From the NCBI GenBank assembly GCA_030704615.1, contig CM060731.1, positions 13,888,001 to 13,952,000 of the forward strand: a stretch of DNA of 64,000 bases, given 5' to 3'. The notes under the pieces were generated by a model. That model saw nothing but the letters and a program-made list of their open reading frames with translations. It searched no databases and was not told the DNA's origin. Below are positions 53,310 through 64,000 of the stretch, piece by piece (the stretch's first letter is position 1; every line of letters begins with the position of its first letter). The position numbers were made by a program, and so were the translations under genes. The stretch comes from Takakia lepidozioides. Its lineage: Eukaryota > Plantae > Bryophyta.

Positions 53310-55355
53310 TCTAACTTCTAAGAGCCATTATAAGGGTCTGGGTCGAGAAAAGGAGAGTAATGGAGCGGCCAATGGGTGTTGAAATGGCGGATATACGAGG
53401 CCATGTGTAGAGGAGAGCGTAGAACTAGGATATGACAGGCTGTGGCCCCTCCTTCTCTAAGAGGGTTATAGAGAAGTAGGATGAGGCGATGGGCTCTTTC
53501 TAGGAGGTTCCACCAGTGAGGGCTACCTTCTACAATGGCTTTTTGAGCCTCCACTTTACTGTAGGGGGCTCGGCAAGCAGCTTTAGGAACTTACCAAAAA
53601 TGATTGAACCAGGGGGATTTCCAGCTTCTTGTCAAGGACACCAACCACTTCAGACGAACTTGCCATTCGTCTTTAGCATACTAAGCTAGGTATCCAAGGA
53701 GTGAGAACATGACACTGTATCAATTATGTTTATAGAGATATGCTATGGACTTTGGACATGGTTTAAGATTGATTTTGTAGGTCCTTTTATCCATTTCCCC
53801 GTTATCACTATGGCTTCCTGTGTTGGAGACTTGTATCAAAACAAAGATATGAAAAGCTTGTAGTGAATTCATAGATTGAGAAAAATATATCCAACATATA
53901 TGAGTGTCCTGGAAACATGTCGAATGCACTCTGCGAGCCCTCTTTTCTTCAGTACCTTCATTTTCTTTTCATCTTTGCTGACAATAAAATCATCAGCTCC
54001 AGGAATCTCCCGAGCATCCTTCTCTTTGCAGGGGGAGGTGCTGAAGACACTCACCTTCAAACCAAACGCCTTGCCATGTGCCCCAGGCCACCCAACCCAA
54101 GAAGTGCTTGCCCTTCGTACGTAGTCTTTGCAAAGTGCTTCATGAATGGGGCTCAAACCGTTATGCCTGCACATAGCAGGGGTGCTGCTCCATCCATAGG
54201 CAAGTTCTCCGGGATCCGCAACACGAACCTGGCAAATCCGGCACGCGTGCATGATTGTCAAACTATGGAAGGGCTATCGTCCAGATCTAGGTAGTTTATG
54301 TTTGTCTAGGCTTACACCTTTGGAGAGTGATTTCCCTGCTATCTGCAGACGATTTCATGTGTCGATTACAACCCTGAGCATTATATCACTCACCACCTGA
54401 CATCCAAAGAAGAGGTCTGTTGGCGGCCAAAAGCATTTCTACAAGTTAGAAACATCAGACAGCCAGTAATTGCGTATCCAGAGACGTACTTCTGGTCAGC
54501 GACCATAATTCCAGAGTAACCACCGGGTTGAGGGAACCATCATCGTCAATGGCGTTGTAGGTCCACAGCACTTTATCGCAATACTGCTCCAGTCCCTGCT
54601 CGCACGACTAACAGTCCTGGCAGGATCGTACCATGCCGCCCACTCCAACAATCTGGCCCACCTCAAAGCCTTCCACCTTTGAGTCCACTTCAGTGACAAC
54701 TCCAACAATTTCATGCCTGTGACCATCCACTTACGTGCTGTCAGACTCAGATGGACCAGTTCTTTGGTTATACTTTAAATTGCATGGCTTTCTTCCCATG
54801 TAGGAAATCCAGACCTGTACATCAGCTTTGGTACACAGCCTGTAGAAGTCTTAGTTAGGTTTCATCACACTCAAAACATGGAGGAACAGCAAGTGTGCCA
54901 TGAGGAATGACACTCCGAGGGTCAGGATCACAAGGGCTAGCAAGCGCCCTTTCAGAACGTCAAATGTATATGCCATTCCTTCCTGCCCGGTATTATCACC
55001 AGGTAATGTACCCAAGAGATGTACTTGGCTAGGCATAAGAGGGTCAGTGTGGACCAGATTGCACCTCACCCTCGAACCATGGGGAATCTCGCCCACTCAT
55101 TTCGGCTTTGATGCAGATCAGAATGGCAAACTCCGCAGTAGAGGACCTTCAATGTCACATCTTCAAGACCTGTTGGCATCCGAATCACATTCGCGCACGG
55201 TAAACCTATTTAGCGTAAGGAAGCAGCCGCGGGTCAGATTCTGTTGAGGCTCACTTGAGGTGGTCAACATTAGTCTTAATTCCTGTATCCCAAGGTCTTT
55301 ACAAACTCTAGAGAAGTCTCCCGACACGAAATTTGTTCACAGCACTTGCTATTAA

Positions 55356-56579
55356 CCCTTAAGTTCCCAAGCCCTTTTTTGACTTTTTACCAATTTTGGG
55401 TACCCAGCTGCAGTAAATTGCCCCTAGAAACCTACCAAAAATCATCCAGAGATTCCAGCCTTATAGCAATGGGCCCAGCTCATTTATGCATGACATACCA
55501 AAAAATAAGCCAAATCCACCGTGGAAATTGTGGGATTATAGCGTTGGCCTAGACCTCAAATATCAGGTCCCAAAGAAAAAGTGAGAAAAAAATTGGTTTG
55601 ACCAAATCAAAACCTAGCTTTATCCAATTTTGCTTGCCCCAAGACCCACCATTTCCAAATCAATAGTGGAGTGGTTATGTGTATGAATTGGAGCTGCCGG
55701 CAAACAACAAGGTGCATCCAGTATTTCACGTCTCCCTTTTGAAACCTTACTTCAAAGATTAAGCGCGTCCGAATCGGCATCAAGTGTTGCGTCCGCCACC
55801 TGTGCTGTTGGATCATGAAAATGAACCTGAGTACGAGGTGGAGGCAGTACTTAAGTCGAGGAGGTTCAAGAACCGAGAAACGGAGTATCTCGTCAAATGG
55901 AAGGGCTATCATCATGTGGAGACATCTTGGGTGCGTGCCTCAGAAATGGAAACGCATCCGAGGCGGTTGCAGTTTTCGAAGGGCGACCTCAAAAGCGGAA
56001 GAAGCGTTGATGGGGACATCAACCTTGGAGCGTGGGGGAGGAAATGCATGCTTAGCCCGGTTTAGCTAGCTAAGGAATCCGATTGCAAAAACTTGTATTG
56101 TACAAACTGATTTTTTCACCTATGGTTGCTATGCATGCAATTACACGGGGGTTGAAATCTCAAAATTGACAAGAGAAAATGTGCCTCCAAATGAAGTACT
56201 TTTTTTCTACAATTTTTAAAAGCCAATGGTGGATGTGTGTATGTAATGCTCACACACCACAAAATGAAGCACTTTTTCCAAAATTGCTAATTTTCTGCCA
56301 AAAATGGCCTTTGGAGTGCAATCTGTTTAGGACTTGTTTACCTGCCACGTCAGCGGTCAACAAGCCCTTTTCAGGCCCCAAAACGTAAATGAGAGATCTA
56401 AGATATATTTTGTAGGTCGTAGTTTTTTTTTTTCTTTTTTCATTTTTTTTCATCATACTCGAGACAAATCCCTTGTCATTAAAGCTTCAGGAGTGGGCCC
56501 CATCAGATTAGATCTGCAAAAATTAGGTCGAACTGCAAATTCAAAGTGACCCGATTCAGGTCGCTTGGGAACTTAAGGG
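55356..56579. mobile_element. Non-autonomous piggyBac-like DNA transposon in CAD intron 1
   Basis: Perfect 17-bp TIRs CCCTTAAGTTCCCAAGC (55356-55372) / GCTTGGGAACTTAAGGG (56563-56579), flanked by TTAA at 55352-55355 and 56580-56583; no transposase. Confidence 0.82.
55649..56044 (+). mobile_element. Chromovirus (Gypsy) pol 3' fragment: integrase C-terminus, chromodomain and PPT
   Basis: [24 protein letters not shown], then EYEVEAVLKSRR...EYLVKWKGYHHVETSW, then purine tract GGGGGAGGAAA at 56034-56044. Confidence 0.88.
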
Positions 56580-57374
56580 TTAAAACACCTCCGTGTAGTG
56601 TTGATGACGTTCACCAATTCTAAGTCCATTTGAAACCGGATATTGAAAAAGGGCTTTAAACTCGAAAAGAGCCACGAGAAACCAATCTCAGGCTTCAAGA
56701 GCTCCTTGTAATTCCATACGACCAACACGATTTAGAGGAGAAGTATTTAAAATTTATGTGCATGCATGCAAATGAAATATTCTGCAGATAGTCATCCCAC
56801 CTGCGCGAGAATTCGAAGGGTGCTAGAGTTCCTGTAGCATCCTTTGCCCAGCCGGCTATTACCTGGCCTCAAACTTTCCCTAAATTCATTCTCTACACTG
56901 GCGTGCAGAATTGTTCTGCAAAACTCAGAAACTCAACTTTTAAACTCAAGTAAATGTTTCTACAGGTTCAAGAGAACAAATTTGACGTGAACAACTTCAC
57001 ATTCAATTCAACGTTCAACGGAATAAAGGCAAGAAATGTGGCTGAGCTGTGCAACCTCGGGGAATGAAGATCTAACAAAAACTATTATATTGTTTGACAG
57101 AAGGATTCGCAAAAACTCCTCTCTTTCCAATATCTCTCTCTATATCTATTTATTTAAGATCCGGAGAATACTGTGTTCAACCTTCTTTATGTGAGAGGGT
57201 GGATCATGTACCCAAGATCATGAATACAAGTCCTCTAATGTAATCTTGAATTTTGAATTAACATGCAGATGTTTAGCTTGCTACGCTGTTGATCTACCCG
57301 CAGAGCTAGGTGACTTTGCTACCCAATATAGGCTTAAACTCTACACATGCAACATTTGCGAAAAAGAAATGTTC

Positions 57375-57914
57375 TCAAATTCCGATCATCTCAACAGGGC
57401 ATCTGATGATCCTTCGAAAAAAACTCAAAACGGAGATGTTGACGATCAACGAATTCAATATTAAAACGACTTGAAACTGTGGAAGAACGTGGTCCAAGCT
57501 ATTGTGGATAGCGTTGCCAAGATCTTGAGACTGATCAGCTTGTAATTGGGTGATAGATGTACGAAGTTCTTGCATCTGGAGCTGAAGACTCTGCAATGTG
57601 ACGACCATTTCCGCAAATGTGCTTTCCATCTTAACTAACTAAGGAACAAACTTTAGTCTCGCCAAACTGTCAAGGACGAGAACATGACTGAACCCAAACA
57701 AAATATCAGACTAGAGATACAAGACTAGACAAGAAGTCAAGGTCGGCGTGGCCGAATGCATGATAGGTAAACATGAATCAAGATGATATTTATAACAGCG
57801 GACAAGAGTACAAGATACTGGAACTCGACTCGAATACTGGAATGTTGGAAACTGGACTGGGGTACCAGATACTGGAAGCTAGACTGAAGTACAATACTTC
57901 ACTTGAACAAGCGG
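57375..57914 (-). mobile_element. Possible 5' remnant of an LTR retrotransposon (LTR end plus gag-like start)
   Basis: Coiled-coil ORF start MESTFAEMVVTLQSLQLQMQELR (57629) preceded by a low-complexity region ending ...cctatca; no standard PBS recognised. Confidence 0.3.
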
Positions 57915-60900
57915 CTAGATGCGTAATGGCTCCACCCTCCAATGTGGAGTGTGTAACGAAGTATTTTACATGCTATATTGTAGAATGATGATATTTAACA
58001 ACATGGTTTGGTAGTTTGAAAGCTATATATATAGGTTTGTGATCTGTCCAATATGCCTCTGTAACTCCTGATATGCATTGTTGGTTAGGTGTATTTGTCC
58101 AAATATGGTCCAACTGTGAACCATATATTGTAGTTTTTTTCATGAATTGAAGTGTCATATTGAACATCCTCATGAATTGTAGCAATTGTTTTTACATAGT
58201 TGAATCATTTTGTAATATATTGATATTGAAATACCCTATAATAATGGTGGGACAGAAATGTGGTATTTTATGAAGAATTGTTTGTAGTTGAGATAAAAAT
58301 ATAGATATCGAAAGTGATGGAGGTTTGTAAATAGTAACTACATGAATAGCTCTTCTTGTATTTTTATTGAAAGTGGCCATTATATATTCAACACCAGAGA
58401 ATGAAAACACTTCATGAGATACTAAAGACATTGTTCTGTCATATAACATCATGGTGCTATGACTACCATGTACAGCGATATATGAATATTTTGTGGAATC
58501 CATAAACAGATTTATATTGGAATTAGGTTTGAAGTGCGTTTCACTAAAACATAAAATATGAGCCGTTTGCAAGTTGTGGTATGCAAAAACATCTTCTTTA
58601 TGTAATAACAATGATCTTGTATTCAAGTGTTGTATAATTACATGTGATTGTTTGTATATGTGCAAAGTTGGTACAAGTAACTGCCATCGTGCGCTTGTAT
58701 ATAGACGTTGCATCTCCTCGGCAACCCCATTGTCAACATGAAATTTTTTCAATTGCAAATTTGCTAAGAGGTATAAGTTTTCTTTGTTACGTATGCGTGA
58801 CAAAGCTGTATAACTTAAACCATGTTTATATACCCCTGTAGGATCGAATGCTAGATAGTCCAAAGTTAAGCCTTGAGAACGATGGATTGTTCGAGCGGCT
58901 GCTAATTGAATAGGAAATTGGATTCTAGTAATTGTATGTGAAGTATTTGATCTTATTTGAATCTCTTTAGAGATTGGTTGAATTGGAGTCCATAACTTAT
59001 CTATTGTTGAGTTATATAAGTGAATATTTTTTGCACGTGTAGCGACACTAGATTTTGGATTGTTAAATTGTATCCATATTAAAGGGGTTGAATTTGTTAA
59101 CACGGAAGTATGTTTAAATATATCGTCCGCCCCATTTACTAGACCATCATGAGTTGCATAATTTCCTGCACATAATTCAATTAACATCTTTTTTTTAACA
59201 TGAATTGTTGTATGTAAGCCGGCCGTGTTGGCTGCATTGTCCAAGAGCTTAAAAGTAGATGGACATGTATCATGGTGTTTGTCTATAGCTTCAAAAATAT
59301 ATACAGATCCTTTAGTTTGCTCGAATGCTTTGTGATTATGAATTAACATATTTTTGTTGGTATAATATAAATGTGAAAATGCTGGATTGTTTGGCGGAGG
59401 GCGATTGACGCATTACTTGAGTAAGTTCGTAACATTTAACACAGTCCTGCCAAAAACCGGGAACTAAAGCATCAGGACTTTCGAGTTTTTTCTTAAAAAC
59501 CCACGAATCTCTTACTGGCGGTGCCTAATAAAAATCTCCAGTAATAATAACATCAATATTACCAAAGAAAGTACCATGAATTTGTTTAATTGATCGTAGT
59601 TGTTGATCAATAAACGTAAGCATCATGTTACCCACAAGAGACACTTCATCTAACACCATAAGTTGTAGTTGATCAAATGATTTTACCAACGTGTCCAATC
59701 GTTTTGATCCGAGTGAAGGCAAATCTTTGCAATTAAGAGGTATGCTTAAACTAGAATAAATGGTTGTTCCATCAATATTGAAGGCTGCTTTGCTAGTGTA
59801 AGCCATAAGAATTGTTTCTTTTCTTAAGCGGGTCAGATTGTGGATGTTTATTATAAAATCTAAGCAGACCTTGAATAATAATAAGTAAAGTAAACGTTTT
59901 TCCAGTTCCTGCTCCCCTAGTCAGAAACAAATGCAAGGGTTTGTCAGGAAACATCTGTTTTCTGTGTATGCAATCATCAAAAATTGCACGTTGTTCTGGA
60001 TTAAGCTTTCGCAATTGTTCATAAAATTGTTTATTAGGAATAATGTTGTCAGGTGTTGTAGATATGTTTGCCTCCGGTATTGTTGTTGACAATCCAATTT
60101 CAGGACGCAAATGGAATTTTGTTGCTATGTCATATGTTTCAATCCCTGTGCAATCTGTCAAAGACTCAAAAACGTTTGGCAACATCAATGAACTTGTCCA
60201 TCCATATACTAAGATTGTTGGTTTTTGCTAATTCGTGTGTTTTTGTCTCTAATGTAATCCAATCTGAAAGAGTAGTGTTTTATGTTAGGAACTGTCACGT
60301 TTCATCAATATAGTTGGTTTGTGAACCAAATAAGCATCATGCCATGTTTCATGGTCGCCTTTTTGTGATTCTTCGCTTCCCACAAATGGATGAAAAAGTA
60401 AAAGTTGTTCCCGATAATAGTTCTCGGAATCGCGATGTTCGTTACAGTGCACATACCTAATAATATGGGATTTTTGCCGCGGTTTTATATTACTTCTATC
60501 TACATTATAATCTGCTACATATTCACCGAGAATCAAGTGAAGTAATGTAGTTGGTCGCTCAATATATTTGTCAATAGCATACGAACATTTAATATCGGTG
60601 GACTCGGGTGGAAGACCTCGCAAATCTTTATCGGATTTCAATACAAATGCACGTTCTTGCGGAGATGATGTATTTATGAAGTTGAAAGTTCTTGATGCAT
60701 GATATAGTGGTATGGATAACACAATGTATGCAGCCAATTGAGCCGACATCTGTTGTTCATTTAGGAAAACATTTCCCATTTTACGGATTCTGACATTTGC
60801 ATCAATTTGTTCTGAATTACATTTTTCTGTGATTGTGCGAAATTCATTAGTAATAGTTTTATCTATTTTAGTTAGATAAGATGTACAATAACTAGCTGCC

Positions 60901-61605
60901 GCATAAGGATCAAGAGTATACTGTACAACAGTATTAGCTTGCCACAGTGGACCCGCATGTATGCCGAATGCTTTTGTGCGAATGTCTTTACATGCTCTTT
61001 TTAAAAATAAAGTTGGTTTGTGTAATCTACTACGTATAGCAGCTATATATGTTTTTTCATCAATATGTAACAATGAAAGAAACTCATTAAATGTAATATC
61101 TTAACCCATATCCATTTTGTCCAACTCAGTAAATATTACAATTGATATTTGATTCAAATGCATCAATTGTTGTTTGTTTAATTGTTCTGTTAAAGGTTCC
61201 AAAATTGCGGTAGAATTCATTGGGGACAATGGATAATGAAAACGACATATAGCTTGATTCTTTTTCCTGCATGTTCATTTGTGTCGATGGGTTTGAGCTT
61301 CACGTAGAATGGGTGGAATAACATTACTATCGGATGTTATATATTTATCTACGAATTGTTCAATTATATCATTTTTATCAACCCCGTAAATTGGTGCATT
61401 AGCTATCCATAACATACCATGATCATCCTCACTGCCTCGGCTTTGAATTCCGTTACAAAGAAGAAATCACGGAGTTTTCAAAAAATGGTATGATCTTTCA
61501 TACGTAAATGTCTAAATGCACCCATTCGATGATCATAATATCGATCACATGTAACGAGATCCGATCTTACCAATTCAGCAACGTGTTTACTTTCCAAATT
61601 TTGAA
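57915..61605 (-). mobile_element. Degenerate Helitron/Helentron: Rep, PIF1-type helicase and AP-like endonuclease
   Basis: Rep motifs (EF.SRGSEDDHGMLW; YAAASYCTSYLTK), helicase motifs (GAGTGKT, LDEVS, GDFY, QFPIQLAAARTIHRSQGLTL, YTALSR), endonuclease motifs (LNTRSL, FSETH, IYKPP, IIGYFN, LDHIW, TDHKPI). Frameshifted, markedly AT-rich; 5' part cut by the Gypsy insertion. Confidence 0.92.
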
Positions 61606-61785
61606 TGTGTCGTGCGCATACATATCGCTACACAAACTACATCGCTGTCCAAAACCACACAACACATGTGCACACCACACATTAGTATACCACTAGTCCA
61701 GCCACTAGTCCAACCACTAGGCTACAACTAGTCAGTCACTAGGCTGCCACTATGCTGCCCACTATGGCAGTCACTAGTCCACACA
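61606..61785 (-). repeat. 3' LTR (180 bp) of the Gypsy element
   Basis: TGTGT...ACACA termini, preceded on the minus strand by PPT-like GGGGGTGA (61787-61794); internal ccactag repeats; Helitron coding sequence resumes at 61605. Confidence 0.75.
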
Positions 61786-64000
61786 ATCACCCCCATAGCT
61801 GGTGCTTAGGTCCCTCTAAGTCCAGGTAGCCACAAGATGTGATAGTGACCATAGCCTCACTAAGTCCTCCACCACTGTCCCTACTACACTCAAACTCGAT
61901 AGATCAAGAGACCGGGTGCAAGAGTTGCCCCATCGTTAGTCGCCGTCTTGCAACCTGTGAACTTGAGCCTGAGATCTCGTGTATTGACTCCTATGAGCTT
62001 GGCCTCCTATGTCTTGTTAGCTGCCTCTAGTCATGTCCACTGCCACTATCCCAAGCAGTGTGGACATAACCAATCTCCATCAGGAACCCTCTCAAGAGGT
62101 GGTGTCAAGCATCCCATATGCCAACCTCTTGAGCGTCGATCACACACCAGCATGGTGGCTGCCCCTTTTTCAGACCCACAGAGCATGCACCTCAAACCTG
62201 CAAGTACCACTGCCAAGTTTGGGTCAACTCTGCCATTGACATTGGGAAGGTGACATGATGCACAATTACGCACATGGTCCTTCCAAGTCATGCCATCCCG
62301 ACCCTCCAAGATCAGGACCCCTGAGGGCAACACCTCTCGAACCCTCAGAATAACACGCCCTGCAGTAACATCCAGGGTTGTATGAGCAGTCTGCTGCAAA
62401 TAAACATAGTCACCAGGGCTAAACCACCGAACCCCAGGACGATATCCTCCACCACGTATAATGGCATACCTCAACGTATCACGGTGTTGTGCAATGGCAA
62501 GGTTCTCAAAAGCCATGGGCATGACTTTCTTGAACAACTCTGCACGCTGACCACATGCACGTACCCACACATCCGGATCGTCAAGGTTAAGGACTTGAGC
62601 GGTGTCTCTACGAATGGCTGTAGGCAAATCCGGCTCTCGGCCAAAAAGAACGAAATATGGTGAGAAGGAGGCAAGTGATGCTTGTTTGCTGAATCTGTAG
62701 CCCATGGCTAACCAATGCACCTAAAGATCCCAATCTCCTAGATGTCCCTTCTGCAAGCTATACTTGCGCAAACCCCTCTTCACCGTCTGAACAACTCTCT
62801 CTGCCAAGCCATCGGCCTCAGGATGATCTCGAGAAGTGGTACGATGGTCTATCAAGGCTTTATCATACAAAGCCTGAAACTCGCCCAAGAACTCTCTCCC
62901 TTGGTCCGTGAGTACCTCAGCTGGAGCATCAAATCGGCTAAGCACACGATCTAAGAATGCATACGCAGCCCTCTCACTAGCCTTGTCAGGCAATGGAACC
63001 AACTCAATCCACTTGGAGAAGTGCTCCACCATCACCAACACATATCTGTGGTGGCGCATAGTCAGTGGCAACGGTCCTGCGAAGTCAAGACTCCACCTGT
63101 AGCCCAATCCCATGATTGGTAAAGGATGCAACTGTGGTGTAGGGGCGTTGAATGAAGCACGCACCCTGTCACACACCATGCACCTAGCCACGAACTATTG
63201 TACCTATGTATGCATACCACGCCACCAATACTGCCCTTGCAGTAAACTGTGAGTGCGTCGCACTCCAAAATGCCCCAACTCCTCATGGGCATGCCGTACT
63301 AACCGTGCACGCTGTGTAGGGTGAGGCACAATCCACCCGACCATCCTCCCATACTCGGAGCAGGTGTATCCCCTCCCACTTGAACCTCTTGGCTCGTTGC
63401 AGGATCCGATCCCTCTCCCTGGCAGTCATAGTGGCTGTCGTGTCTCCCGTGCGGAGGTAGTCCAACACAGCTGAATCCTCATGTATATCTCTGGCACACC
63501 AACCTGCCACTACCAGATCAATGGAGCCAACCCGCTCCAAATCCTGCGCCCCCAGCAACGAAATGTCTGCTGGCAAGGCCTGCTGATATCCACGAACTGC
63601 AGACACCGGCAACAACTCAGGGTACCGCTGCACCAACTGAGCAACATGGCGAAGTGAAACGCGTCGTGCAGTCTCATCCCTCTCCACATACATGTAACAC
63701 CGAACTCGTACACCTTCCTGTAACACAACAGCCAATCCGGTGCTGATCTCACCAAACAAGTCCAGAAGACAAATGTCTTCATCCGGATACTGCCACACAA
63801 TAGGTGTGGTGTCCAATGGAGAGAACTGAGGTGGTCCTGGTGCAATCCCCGCACTCTCCTCCTCTTCTAATGGTACAAAAGCCTTCACCCAGACTTGTTG
63901 CACCCGTCGATTAGCAACCCGCTGCAAATCCTTGTTCGTGCCCCACAATGGAGTCTGAGCAACCATGGCAGGCAACTCTGCCATACCATACATGTCATCA
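61606..64000 (-). mobile_element. Gypsy LTR retrotransposon (partial, internally deleted) with C5 DNA-methyltransferase fragment, integrase and PHD finger
   Basis: DNMT motifs I-IV at ~63774-63499; integrase HHCC (HEELGH...CMVC) and D-D-E (SLDFAG, TDQG, LAERVV) at ~63290-62750; PHD CMLC...CDRR...WHMGC...WLCPHC at ~62190-62050. Confidence 0.9.

Larger units (their letters stand above)
53595..56889 (-). pseudogene. CAD: Cinnamyl alcohol dehydrogenase-like (Zn-dependent ADH) pseudogene
   Basis: Exon remnants 56889-56801 (AGWAKDATGTLAPFEFSRR), ~55180-55070 ([17 protein letters not shown]), 54716-54490 ([10 protein letters not shown]...SCQDC*SC), 54228-53956 (AAPLLCAGITV*...GLGGLGHMA), ~53730-53595 (IIDTVS...*LSMLKTNGK). 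Multiple stops and frameshifts; last exon not found. Confidence 0.9.

Noticed and set aside
55235-55335. Copia integrase-like peptide on the minus strand (FSRVCKDLGI...PQQN)
   Set aside because: Too short and diverged to support without a search.
57740-57762. Self-priming or tRNA-derived PBS (gtcggcgtggccgaatgca on the plus strand)
   Set aside because: Does not match a tRNA 3' end and no complementary sequence was found in the adjacent putative LTR.

Overview
Eukaryotic nuclear DNA, most likely from a non-seed land plant (inferred from plant-type genes plus a CEP162-like ciliary gene). The first ~50 kb holds a multi-exon minus-strand coiled-coil gene resembling CEP162 (3' end probably outside the window) and two intact tandem 15-exon ABCG half-transporter genes of the Cys-rich ABCG24/ABCG28/NAP12 type. 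Their introns are packed with 3' fragments of RTEX-like LINEs. Next come a small heat-shock/alpha-crystallin gene, a cinnamyl alcohol dehydrogenase pseudogene and a nested transposon island. The most striking elements are: (1) a complete 363-bp TRIM (6617-6979) whose two LTRs each carry a 72-nt tRNA-like Pol III cassette, with PBS, PPT and 5-bp TSD; (2) a Gypsy LTR element (61606 to beyond 64000) encoding a C5 DNA-methyltransferase fragment plus a C-terminal PHD finger, inserted in (3) an endonuclease-bearing Helitron/Helentron; and (4) a TTAA-flanked piggyBac-like element carrying a chromovirus integrase-chromodomain fragment. All calls were made by eye; no searches were run, and literature precedents are from memory.
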